Source of the DNA: Gemmatimonadota bacterium
GTDB lineage: Bacteria; Gemmatimonadota; Gemmatimonadetes; Gemmatimonadales; Gemmatimonadaceae
Direction of reading: 5' to 3'
NCBI GenBank assembly: GCA_040389905.1
Contig: JAZJZK010000006.1
Span: 32,001 to 96,000, forward strand
Length of the DNA stretch: 64,000 nucleotides
Of the stretch, positions 38,817 through 47,943 are shown piece after piece. The position numbers and the translations under genes were made by a program. The notes under the pieces were generated by a model, which ran no database searches, was not told the origin of the DNA, and saw only the letters and a list, made by a program, of their open reading frames with translations. How positions within the stretch are numbered: position 1 is the first letter of the stretch; every line of letters begins with the position of its first letter.

Positions 38817-40656
38817 CGGCTGGAGCCAGCGCGAGCGCGCTGTCGCCGCTGGGTATCGAGGGGTCGCGCGCCACGGTGCGCCGAGACGCCGGCCGGCCGC
38901 CACGCAGGTACATGATAAGGAAGAGCAGGGTGAGGCCGCTCACGGCCAGCTTCCCCTCGATGGGCCACCACTCGATCGGCGAAACAAAGCCCTCCAGCAA
39001 CCCGGCGATGACGAGGAGGAACGTGGAACCGGCAATGAGCCGGATGGCACGCCGCCCATTCTCCACGAGCGCGCGACGGCGGCTCCGGTCGCCGGGGAGA
39101 AGAATGCCCGCGGCAAGGAGGAACCCGCCACCGCCGGCAACGCAGATGGCGAACAATTCCAACACGCCATGTGGCGCGACGAACGCGATGAGAAGGCGCG
39201 CGATGCCCTTGCTCGCGTACAGCCCAAAAACGCTGCCGATCGAGATGCCGTTCAACACCAGCATGAGCGCGCTCAGCGCGCCCGCCGCGACACCGCCGGC
39301 AAAAACGGCGAAGGTCACCTGGACGTTGTTGGTGACGATCCTGCTCGACATCACGGGCCGCAGGATTTGCGGATCGTCGATATATCCCTCGCCGTCCTTC
39401 GCACGGCGCACTCCGTCCGACGCGCGCTCGAGCATGGCCGGCGGAAGCAGCTTTGCCGCAATTACCGGCGAGCGCGCGACGCCGACTCCAGCGATGATCG
39501 CCGGCCCGAACAGCAGCAGGGCAGCGAGCGAAATTGGCGCCACGCTTCGGCGGATCTCGGTCGGCACGTCCGTGAAGAGGTATCGCGTGCCGCCGCGCAG
39601 CCCCAGTCCGCGGTCGCGATACAGCAGATTGTGTGCGCCGGCGACGAGCCGCCCGAGGAAAAACAACTCGTCGAGTGTGCGACCTGCGGACGCCGTACGC
39701 AATCGAGCAAGGTCTGCCGACAGTGTTCGATAGTCCGAGACGAATTCGCGAACGCCCTCTTCACCGAGCACCTTGAGGCCGCCCTTCTGCGCCTTGGCGA
39801 GCGTCGCCGAAAAGGCCGTCCATCGAGGAAGTCCAGCGGCGATGAGCGCCTGGCGTTCGCGGCCAGCCCCAGTATCGCCCCGCGACGCGACACCGCGAGT
39901 TCTGGCTGACTTCTCTCGCTCATGCAACTCGAGCAGGCGTTGGCCAAGAGGCCGGCCGTCATCGGGAAGGGCGCCGCCGAAGCGTTGCGCGAGCTGCGAC
40001 GCGAGCGCCGCACGACGAAGCGGATCGATGGAGTTCCATCGCGAGACGAAGCGCGACAACAGGATGTACTGCTCCTCGTCGAGCGACGTCTGGAGCGCCG
40101 CGGCGGCGCTGCTGTGCTCGCGACGCTGCCTCGACGGATCTGCCGTGCGCTTCACGTCCTCCCGCACGACGATCGTGCCGGCGACCAGATCACCGAGCCG
40201 ACGCCCGCGCTTCGTGAACAGCATGCTCGTGAGGCCGACGAAGTAGAAGAACACGGGCTGCATGTCGATCATGCGCACGAGATTTCGTACCGCCGACGTA
40301 CCGAACGTCACCGAATACCCACCATCGCGCACGACGCGCAAACGGTGCAGCCGTTTCCCGGGCGTCTGACCATCCATCAGTCCCTCGAACAGGACGTAAT
40401 AGCCCCACACGATGAGGAACTGGGCGATGCCGAGCACCGCGATCCCCCAGCTGGCGCTTGCGTCGAACGAAAGGCCGAGCCGGCTGCGCGTCAATGCAAC
40501 CAGCGCGATGACGATCGTAAGGAACGCCCCGATGCAGATGGCGAGGTCCGTGAGCGCCGCGAGCACGCGTGATCCCACCCCCGCAAGCGAGTAGGTGAGC
40601 ACCACCAGTTCTGGTGTTTCAACGTCAACGGTCTGCTCGAAGGGGCGTGTGCTCAT
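38794..40656 (-). CDS. RDD domain - SpoIIM (DUF95-like) domain fusion membrane protein
   Basis: N-terminal ETPE..LAGVGSR..A...D, GQTPGK, RRLGDLVAGT; C-terminal NNVQV, NG..IG, PHGVLEL, AGLLEGF. Confidence 0.88.
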   Translation of the reverse strand: MSTRPFEQTVDVETPELVVLTYSLAGVGSRVLAALTDLAICIGAFLTIVIALVALTRSRLGLSFDASASWGIAVLGIAQFLIVWGYYVLFEGLMDGQTPGKRLHRLRVVRDGGYSVTFGTSAVRNLVRMIDMQPVFFYFVGLTSMLFTKRGRRLGDLVAGTIVVREDVKRTADPSRQRREHSSAAAALQTSLDEEQYILLSRFVSRWNSIDPLRRAALASQLAQRFGGALPDDGRPLGQRLLELHEREKSARTRGVASRGDTGAGRERQALIAAGLPRWTAFSATLAKAQKGGLKVLGEEGVREFVSDYRTLSADLARLRTASAGRTLDELFFLGRLVAGAHNLLYRDRGLGLRGGTRYLFTDVPTEIRRSVAPISLAALLLFGPAIIAGVGVARSPVIAAKLLPPAMLERASDGVRRAKDGEGYIDDPQILRPVMSSRIVTNNVQVTFAVFAGGVAAGALSALMLVLNGISIGSVFGLYASKGIARLLIAFVAPHGVLELFAICVAGGGGFLLAAGILLPGDRSRRRALVENGRRAIRLIAGSTFLLVIAGLLEGFVSPIEWWPIEGKLAVSGLTLLFLIMYLRGGRPASRRTVARDPSIPSGDSALALAPAATTRRAT

Positions 40657-40704
40657 GCGGCCAACAATAGCATGCAGCGTTGGCTCATCGCTATCTTTGC
40701 CCGC

Positions 40705-41142
40705 ATGCGAGTGCTGCTGCAGCGCGTTTCACGCGCGGAGGTGCGCGTTGGAGACCGGACGACTGGGCGCATTGCGAGCGGATTCCTCCTGCTCGTGGGT
40801 TTTACGCATGCCGACAACGAGGCCATTGTGCAGTGGATGGCCGACAAGGTCGTCGGGCTCCGGCTCTTCTCCGACGCCGACGACAAGATGAACCTCTCGA
40901 TCGCGGATGTTGGTGGCGCACTGCTCGTCGTTTCACAATTCACCCTCTACGGTGACGTCGCCAAGGGCAGACGGCCCAGCTTCATCGACGCCGCCCGTCC
41001 CGATGCCGCCATTCCGCTGTACGAGCGCTTCATCGGCCTGCTGAGAGAACGCAACATCGTCGTCGAGACGGGGGAGTTCGGCGCAATGATGGACGTCGAA
41101 CTCGTGAATGACGGACCCGTCACCCTGTGGCTCGAACGTTGA
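40705..41142 (+). CDS. dtd: D-aminoacyl-tRNA deacylase
   Basis: MRVLLQRV, SQFTL, GRRPSF, FGAMM, NDGPVT. Confidence 0.97.
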   Translation: MRVLLQRVSRAEVRVGDRTTGRIASGFLLLVGFTHADNEAIVQWMADKVVGLRLFSDADDKMNLSIADVGGALLVVSQFTLYGDVAKGRRPSFIDAARPDAAIPLYERFIGLLRERNIVVETGEFGAMMDVELVNDGPVTLWLER

Positions 41143-41738
41143 GCTCGCCACGTGTCATCCTCGCGTCGCAGTCACCACGCCGGCGTGAACTGCTGACGCT
41201 CGTGGGCATCGAGCACGAGGTCCGGCCCGCGGACATCGATGAAGCGTATCTTCCGGGCGAAGCACCGCGCGCACACGCGGAACGCCTCGCTCGCCAAAAG
41301 GCGGCCGCTCTAGCCCACGGTGAGCCCGATGCCCTCGTCATCGGCAGCGACACCATCGTGGTCGTGGATGGCGATGTCCTCGGCAAACCGCGGGACGAGG
41401 CGCATGCCGTCGAGATGCTGACTCGCCTTTCCGGACGATCACACATCGTGATGACGGCGGTGGCCGTGCAGCGGCGCGGGGTCGAGTTGTCTGACGTCGT
41501 CGAGGTCGGTGTGACCTTTCATCCGCTCACGCGCGAGGAAATCGACGCATACATCGCCACACGCGAGCCGATGGACAAGGCGGGCGCGTATGGAATCCAG
41601 GGCTTTGGAGCGACGATCGTCGAGCGCGTCGACGGAGACTACTTCGCCGTCATGGGACTGCCACTCCAGCGGCTCGTGCGCCTGATGGAGCAGCTCGGCG
41701 TGCACTATCGCTTTGGCACGTTGACCGACGAGCCGTAG
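41139..41738 (+). CDS. maf: Maf-family nucleoside triphosphate pyrophosphatase
   Basis: LASQSPRR, SDT.V, GKP, DKAGAYGIQ; TTG overlaps dtd stop. Confidence 0.95.
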   Translation: MSSPRVILASQSPRRRELLTLVGIEHEVRPADIDEAYLPGEAPRAHAERLARQKAAALAHGEPDALVIGSDTIVVVDGDVLGKPRDEAHAVEMLTRLSGRSHIVMTAVAVQRRGVELSDVVEVGVTFHPLTREEIDAYIATREPMDKAGAYGIQGFGATIVERVDGDYFAVMGLPLQRLVRLMEQLGVHYRFGTLTDEP

Positions 41739-42754
41739 GTGCGCTTCCAGTACGCCACCTTCTCCAGCACGTCGTTGATGGAAATCCTCTGCATTCGACC
41801 GGTCCGGTTCTCCATCGAGATGGGATAGTCTTCGCCGGGGTCGCCGTACGCGTCGATCAGCAGATCATGGTAGCGGCGGTACGGTCCAACGCGTTTGGGA
41901 TTCGTGTAGCCCATGAGGGAGATCACCGGCCGGTCGAGTGCGATCGTCATGTGCAGCGGCCCGGTGTCCGGCGAGAGCACCAGCGCGGCGCCGTCGAGGA
42001 TACCCACGAGGTTGCGAAGGCCACTCCCAAGCGCGGAAAACACCGGCGCGCTCACTTGACCAAGGATCACCTGCTCGGCGGCGAGCTCGCGCGGCGATCG
42101 TCCGCCGACGAGGACCGGCTGCAATCCGAAGTCGCTCCAGAGCGCATCGCACACCGATGCCCAGCGCTCCGGCATCCAGTCCTTTTCCGGCTTGCTCGTC
42201 GCGATCACAATCGGCGCAATCGGCCGTTCGAATTGTGAGAGAAACTCCCGCTGCCACGCCCGCTCGTGATCCCACGGTCCGAGATCCCAGATGACCGGCT
42301 CGTGCGGAACGCCGAGTGCCTCGAGGAACTCGAAATACTGGTCCTGCACGTGACGTCCCTCGCGTGCGGGGACGCGATGGGTGGTGAACAGCCAGTTCAG
42401 GTCGCGCGCGCGGGCACGGTCGAATCCCAGTTTCACGGGCGCGGTGGTGAACGAGGTGACGATGCCTGCCTTGAAATACACCTGGAGCGCGAGCACGACG
42501 TCGAACGTCTGCTGCGCCAGTGCCCGACGCACCGCAGGGTACGCGCGCCAACCGCGCGATCGATCGAACTCGATGATCTCGTCGACCGCCCAGTGGCCGC
42601 GCACGAGCGCCGCGGCGCCGGGTTGAAGCACCCAGGTAATCCAAACGTCTGGCGCGTGGCGCTTCAGTGCCGTGATGACAGGCAAAACGTGCACGGCGTC
42701 ACCGACCGCCGACATCATCACGATGCCGACTCGGCGCAGCGGAGTCGTGAGCAT
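41705..42754 (-). CDS. Glycosyltransferase family 9 (LPS heptosyltransferase-like)
   Basis: SAVGDAVH.LP, DTGPLH, NP.RVGPY. Confidence 0.9.
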   Translation of the reverse strand: MLTTPLRRVGIVMMSAVGDAVHVLPVITALKRHAPDVWITWVLQPGAAALVRGHWAVDEIIEFDRSRGWRAYPAVRRALAQQTFDVVLALQVYFKAGIVTSFTTAPVKLGFDRARARDLNWLFTTHRVPAREGRHVQDQYFEFLEALGVPHEPVIWDLGPWDHERAWQREFLSQFERPIAPIVIATSKPEKDWMPERWASVCDALWSDFGLQPVLVGGRSPRELAAEQVILGQVSAPVFSALGSGLRNLVGILDGAALVLSPDTGPLHMTIALDRPVISLMGYTNPKRVGPYRRYHDLLIDAYGDPGEDYPISMENRTGRMQRISINDVLEKVAYWKRTYGSSVNVPKR

Positions 42755-42775
42755 CGTCAAAGATAGTTCGGGCGC

Positions 42776-43891
42776 TCAGACGAGCTGCAATCGTGGCGCA
42801 ATCGGGAGTTCGTCGACGACGGAGAGAATGTCTCGCGACGTCACACCGGCGGGGCTTCCGCGGGAGAGCATGACGGAATCGCCCGTCCCCTGCGGAAAGC
42901 GGCGCATCGGCTGGCCAGGTGTGTACACGCCGACGACCGGTACGCCGAACGCTCCGGCGAGGTGGAGCGACGACGAGTCGTGGCCGATGAAGAGGTGCGA
43001 AAGCGAAATCGCCGCGGCGGCGTCGGATGACGAACCGCCGCCGAGCTTGTTCACATAGCGCCACGCCGCCGACCCTGCGGCACGATGTACCGCGTTGAGC
43101 TCCGACGGCGATCCAATCCAGAGCGGATCGAAGCCGCGACGCCCGAGTTCAACCGCGACGCGTATCCATTGCTTGAGGTCGACGGACTCGCCCCGGATGG
43201 CGGAAAATGGCCGCAACGAAACGGGCCGCGACCCGAGCAAGAGGCGGAAGCGCTCACGACGAGAGCTCAGTGGGGCGGCATTCAACTGGTAGCGAAGTAA
43301 CTCCGGCTTCCAGATGGCGAGCGGCGCAAGGAGGTCTGTCAGTTCGTGAAGCACAGGCCGGATTTCGCGGCCCGCGGCAATGACGTCAGTCAGGAAACGG
43401 TCCCCCAGCCCGCCGGCGTGCCCGATCCGCCGTCGAGCGCCGGCAAGCGTCGCGACGAGCGTCGCCCGCCACTCCGGCGACAGCAGCACCGCGATATCGA
43501 AATGCTCCTTGCGCACCCGAACCACGCTCTGCGCGAATGAGCCGAGTGCGCCGCGGCCCCGCCACAGTGCGTTGCTGTTGCCCGCCGTCATTTCGATGGC
43601 GTCCACGTCGGGAATCAGCGCGGCAATCGAGGCGGAGCGCGGGCCGCACAACATCGAAATCTCGCAGCGCGGATACCGCGCGCGGAGAAGTGGCATCAAC
43701 GCTGATGCGAACACCATTTCGCTGGCGTCCCCCGGCGACACGACGAGGATTTTGTGTGACGGACCCTCGTCCTCGAGCCTCGACAGGCGCAGCGCCGGCA
43801 GGGACGGCGAAGCGCTGGTTCGACGCCCACGATACGCGCCGCTGGTCTGCTCGCGGCGCTGGCGGCTTGGAAGGAGAGGGAACACGCGCAA
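42776..43891 (-). CDS. Divergent glycosyltransferase family 9 protein
   Basis: KILVV, P.VD.I, HFDIAV, GA.RRIG, GHDSSSLHLA.A.GVP; start uncertain. Confidence 0.7.
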   Translation of the reverse strand: MRVFPLLPSRQRREQTSGAYRGRRTSASPSLPALRLSRLEDEGPSHKILVVSPGDASEMVFASALMPLLRARYPRCEISMLCGPRSASIAALIPDVDAIEMTAGNSNALWRGRGALGSFAQSVVRVRKEHFDIAVLLSPEWRATLVATLAGARRRIGHAGGLGDRFLTDVIAAGREIRPVLHELTDLLAPLAIWKPELLRYQLNAAPLSSRRERFRLLLGSRPVSLRPFSAIRGESVDLKQWIRVAVELGRRGFDPLWIGSPSELNAVHRAAGSAAWRYVNKLGGGSSSDAAAAISLSHLFIGHDSSSLHLAGAFGVPVVGVYTPGQPMRRFPQGTGDSVMLSRGSPAGVTSRDILSVVDELPIAPRLQLV

Positions 43892-43951
43892 GGTTCAGGG
43901 CGATGGATCAGCGTATCCACAGGTTGTGACTAGGATACCGGGCTGGACAGA

Positions 43952-44728
43952 TCAGTATTCCACCCGAGTGGCCGCATCGCAAGAGACTCGGGAGAACTCC
44001 TCCAGCTCCCCTCCATCGAACACCGCGCCGCGCTCATCACGCCACTTACGGGCGGATCTGGAGAGTCGCGCAGTGTTCGCTCGCACCAGCTGTTCGTCGC
44101 CGGGAGTGCCGAATTGCACAACGTCCACATCCAGCACCCAGGCGTGAGGAACACTGTCGCCGGCGGTGATGAGAATGTTCTTGACGTTCAGGTCCGGATG
44201 CCGCACGCCGGCCTTGGCGAGACCAGCCAGCAGGGTCCTCGCCGCCGACCACGCAGCGGAGCGCGACGCTGACGATTCCCCCGGCATCATGTAGGTCGCA
44301 AGGTCACGACTGTCGCCGATTTCCTGCGTCACGACGTCCGCTCGCCGCGCAATGCCGCCCACCGATACGACGCCGTACATCAACACGGGAGGCGTTCGAA
44401 CCCCAGCCGCTATCAATCGGTTTGCGATCGCAAGCTCGCGCGGCGCTCGCGTCGGCGGCAGGAAGAGGTCGCGCGTAATGGGAGCGAATAGGCCCCCGTG
44501 CCGATTCCTGCGAACCACGGCCCGCGTGCCCGACACCGGCAGGGCGATGGAGTACACCGGGCCACGCCCGTGCAGCACACGGGCGCCGAGATCGCGAGCG
44601 GCTGCCTCGTACAGCGTACCCTCAGCGAGCAAGACGCGAGCATCCGCGACCAGATCCGACCGAACAACCACGACGCACCGGCCAGCCTCGAGTCGCTCAT
44701 AGCCGGGCGTCGCCGCGCCCTGCGTCAT
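43952..44728 (-). CDS. Kdo kinase / LPS kinase (KdkA/InaA-like)
   Basis: GRG, VVRR..HGG, TR..REL, HPDLNVKNILI, LDVD, RL.RS..K; ATG 44728 overlaps cyclase stop. Confidence 0.8.
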   Translation of the reverse strand: MTQGAATPGYERLEAGRCVVVVRSDLVADARVLLAEGTLYEAAARDLGARVLHGRGPVYSIALPVSGTRAVVRRNRHGGLFAPITRDLFLPPTRAPRELAIANRLIAAGVRTPPVLMYGVVSVGGIARRADVVTQEIGDSRDLATYMMPGESSASRSAAWSAARTLLAGLAKAGVRHPDLNVKNILITAGDSVPHAWVLDVDVVQFGTPGDEQLVRANTARLSRSARKWRDERGAVFDGGELEEFSRVSCDAATRVEY

Positions 44729-46338
44729 TCCTTTCTGACGCGGAAGACTTTGACGGGCTGGCTCTTGTTCTTCAATTCCATCGGGGGACACTCATCGAGC
44801 AGCGGCGGTGCCGTCAGCGCACTGCGGAAATCGTCCGAAATCAGGATCTCCGCCGCAGCGGCTGCTCCGCACAGGCGGCTGGCCGTGTTCACCGTGTCTC
44901 CGATCACCGTGAACTCGAGTCGGCGCTCCGAGCCGATGTTGCCCGCGAACGCTTCGCCGAAGTTGAGCCCGATGCCGATTTCGAGCGGGGGACGCCCCGC
45001 GGCAACCCACCCCGCGTTCAGCTTCCGAAGCTCTGCCATCATCTCCAGCGCCGCCGCCATCGCCTGATCGGCGTCGTCGGCGCTGCCAATAGGCGCACCC
45101 CACTGTGCCATCACCGCATCGCCGATGAACTTGTCGAGGGTGCCGCCATGACGGAACACGCACTCCACCATTTCGGTGAAGTACTCTGTCAGCAGTGTCG
45201 CCATGGCTTCCGGCATCATGGTCTCGGAGAGCGCCGTAAAACCGCGGATATCGCTGAACAATACCGCAACGGGCCGCTTCTCCCCGCCCAGCTTCAACGC
45301 CTCGGGCGAGCCGGCGATGCGCGCCGCAAGCTGCGGTGCGAAGTACCGCTCGAAGTTGCTGCGGACGATGCCTTCGCGGCGGATGCGCTCCGCGAACTGT
45401 GAATTCTCGATGGCGACGGCCGCGATGCCGGCAAACGCCACGAGGAACTCGAGGTCTTCGTCACTGAAGCGGTGTGTCAGGCTCGGGTTATCGACATACA
45501 ACACGCCGAGTGCCTTATCCTCGCTGCCAATCAGCGGTGCGCAGATGGCAGACCGTACTTGCTGCATGAGAATCGACTGCCCGCCGAAGCGCTGGTCCTC
45601 GCCCGCGTTGTCCGAGAGCAGTGCGACCTTTTCGGCGACGGCCTTTCGGGCGATCGACTGCGGCACGGCGCGCGGCGCATCGCCGCCCCGCTTGTCGCGT
45701 GAGATCTTGGGCTGTAGCTCGCCCTGCGGATCCACAAGAAGAATCGCCACGCGATCGACTTCCAGCGTCTGGTAGGCGTAGCCGACGATCTTGTCCAGGA
45801 TCGTATCGACATCCACCGCCCGCGTGAGCCCTTTCGACACTTCCAGCAGCGTGGCGAGCTTCTGCTGGTTCTTGTCGGCGGCGGCGGCAGCAGCGGGGAT
45901 GGCGCTGATGCGCGTCATCCCGCCGGGAGCCGTTGGCGGCGCGCCAAGTGCCGCGAGCCCGGCGTTCGAGTCCCGCATCGGAATCTGGCGGACGATCGTG
46001 GCGCCCGGAGGCGCAGCGGCCGGCGGCGGGACGATCTTCTCCGGAATCGCTGCGACGACCGACGTCAGCCGAAAGGGCACTTTCCCGAATGCGATGAGAT
46101 CATCGAGCACGGCGGTCGCCTGTTCGACCTTCGCACCGTTGATGAAAGTCCCGTTGCTCGAGCCAAGATCACGAATCCTCAGCCGGTCGTCTTCGGCGAC
46201 GATTTCCGCATGACGGCGTGAGATCGTTGGATCGAATATCGGCAGGTCACATGTCGGCGCCCGCCCGACGAGAAGCGGCACGCCGTCGCGCAGGTCAAAC
46301 GATTGGGTGCCGTCGGGGCTGATGAGTCGAAGGGCCAT
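44725..46338 (-). CDS. Class III adenylate cyclase with FHA and GAF domains
   Basis: FHA GR..SRRHA..DLGSSNGT; GAF SAICAPL..GVLYVD; cyclase FSDIRGFT, DKFIGDAVM, TVIGDTVNTASR. Confidence 0.93.
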   Translation of the reverse strand: MALRLISPDGTQSFDLRDGVPLLVGRAPTCDLPIFDPTISRRHAEIVAEDDRLRIRDLGSSNGTFINGAKVEQATAVLDDLIAFGKVPFRLTSVVAAIPEKIVPPPAAAPPGATIVRQIPMRDSNAGLAALGAPPTAPGGMTRISAIPAAAAAADKNQQKLATLLEVSKGLTRAVDVDTILDKIVGYAYQTLEVDRVAILLVDPQGELQPKISRDKRGGDAPRAVPQSIARKAVAEKVALLSDNAGEDQRFGGQSILMQQVRSAICAPLIGSEDKALGVLYVDNPSLTHRFSDEDLEFLVAFAGIAAVAIENSQFAERIRREGIVRSNFERYFAPQLAARIAGSPEALKLGGEKRPVAVLFSDIRGFTALSETMMPEAMATLLTEYFTEMVECVFRHGGTLDKFIGDAVMAQWGAPIGSADDADQAMAAALEMMAELRKLNAGWVAAGRPPLEIGIGLNFGEAFAGNIGSERRLEFTVIGDTVNTASRLCGAAAAAEILISDDFRSALTAPPLLDECPPMELKNKSQPVKVFRVRKE

Positions 46339-46394
46339 TCGGGACGAATATGCTTGTTGGGGAGCCCACTGCATAGGGCGCGGCCTGGTCGTGC

Positions 46395-47891
46395 CTACCG
46401 CTGCATCGCGTCACGCACTCGGCCGATCGCAGTCAACATGGCGCGCGCTTTGTTCTCGGTCTCCGCCCATTCGCTCTCGGGCACCGAGTCCAGGACGATA
46501 CCTCCGCCGCACTGCACGGACGCCACCCCGTCGGCGATCACGCACGTCCGGATCGTGATTGCCATGTCCATTCGCGTGCCCCCGCCGTGGATGTAGCCCA
46601 CGGCACCCGCATAGGCGCCGCGCCGTTCCGGCTCGAGTTCGTCGATGATTTCCATCGCCCGTACTTTCGGCGCACCGGTCATGGTTCCGGCGGGAAAGGT
46701 CGCCCGGAACGTATCGAGCGCATCCAATTCCGTCCGCAACTTTCCGTCGACCTGGCTCACGAGGTGAAACACATGCGAGTAGCGTTCCACCGTCATGTAG
46801 TCCGACACCTGCACGCTGCCGTACTCGGCGATGCGTCCGACGTCGTTCCTCCCAAGATCCACCAGCATGACGTGCTCGGCGCGCTCCTTTTCGTCGGTCT
46901 CCAGCTCTTCGACCATGATGGCGTCGTCCTCGGGCGTCGCGCCGCGCGGCCGAGTGCCCGCAATCGGGCGAACGGTGACGCGACCTCCCTCGACGCGCAC
47001 CAGCAGCTCGGGGGAGCTTCCGACCAACTCCATGCCGTCGAGTACGAGATGATACATGTACGGCGACGGGTTCAAGGCGCGGAGCGCCCGGTACAGGTCA
47101 TCTGACGCAAAGTCCTGCGGTACGCGGATGCGCCGTGCGAGCAGTACCTGGAAGGCATCGCCCGCCGCGATGTACTCCTTGATCCGATCGACGTCCGCCA
47201 GATACTTCTCGCGCTCGTAGGATGACGTTCCCGTCGCAGGCGGCGCGTCCGCTCGCAGGTCGAGCGACTTGAGGGTGACCGGCGCGCGCAGCCGCGCAAT
47301 GGTGCGACTGACGGTTGCGCGGGCCGCATCATATGCGGCGCGAAGTGTGTCCTCGCTGAGGTCCGTGCCGAGAGGCGTACCCACCACGACGCGCGCCTGC
47401 GCACGCAGGTTGTCGATGATGGCCAGCGCATCCGTAAACACGAACAGGGCATCGGGGTTCCTGTCTCCCCGCGGCGGCGGTGAGGGCAACCGCTCGATGA
47501 GTCTGACGGTGTCGTAGCTGAAGAAGCCGACCGCCCCCGTCCAGAAGCCGGGAAGCTCCGGGACTTGAATTGGCGGACACGCCCTGATCAGCGCGTTCAG
47601 GTCGGCGAGCGGATCGGCCGGCGTGCGCGTGCCATGCCACCCCAATGCCTCGGTCCAGTCGTCGACGACACCGTCGCGGAGCCGCCACGCGGCGCGCGGC
47701 GCACTGCCGAGGAAGGTGTATCGGGCCCATGTCTCGCCACCAGCGGGGGCGCTCTCGAGGAGAAACGCGAACGGGCCCTCGCGCAGCTTGGCGAAGGCGG
47801 TGACGGGCGTATCCATATCCAGCAAACAGTCCTGCCAGACCGGCACCGTGTGCTCGGCAACCGCGCGACGGCGGAACTCTTCGAAGCTCAT
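46395..47891 (-). CDS. trpE: Anthranilate synthase component I
   Basis: FLLES, NPSPYM, PIAGT, EHVMLVDLGRND, FPAGTMTGAPK; start re-assigned to ATG 47891. Confidence 0.9.
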   Translation of the reverse strand: MSFEEFRRRAVAEHTVPVWQDCLLDMDTPVTAFAKLREGPFAFLLESAPAGGETWARYTFLGSAPRAAWRLRDGVVDDWTEALGWHGTRTPADPLADLNALIRACPPIQVPELPGFWTGAVGFFSYDTVRLIERLPSPPPRGDRNPDALFVFTDALAIIDNLRAQARVVVGTPLGTDLSEDTLRAAYDAARATVSRTIARLRAPVTLKSLDLRADAPPATGTSSYEREKYLADVDRIKEYIAAGDAFQVLLARRIRVPQDFASDDLYRALRALNPSPYMYHLVLDGMELVGSSPELLVRVEGGRVTVRPIAGTRPRGATPEDDAIMVEELETDEKERAEHVMLVDLGRNDVGRIAEYGSVQVSDYMTVERYSHVFHLVSQVDGKLRTELDALDTFRATFPAGTMTGAPKVRAMEIIDELEPERRGAYAGAVGYIHGGGTRMDMAITIRTCVIADGVASVQCGGGIVLDSVPESEWAETENKARAMLTAIGRVRDAMQR

Positions 47892-47943
47892 GGCAGTATC
47901 ACGCGCGCTTGTCCGGACCTCACACGCAAACGAACTTTCATCG

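Noticed and set aside
43913..43921. DnaA-box-like GTATCCACA, and TGTGGACAA near 28116
   Set aside because: Isolated single mismatched boxes; no cluster or AT-rich unwinding element to indicate an origin.
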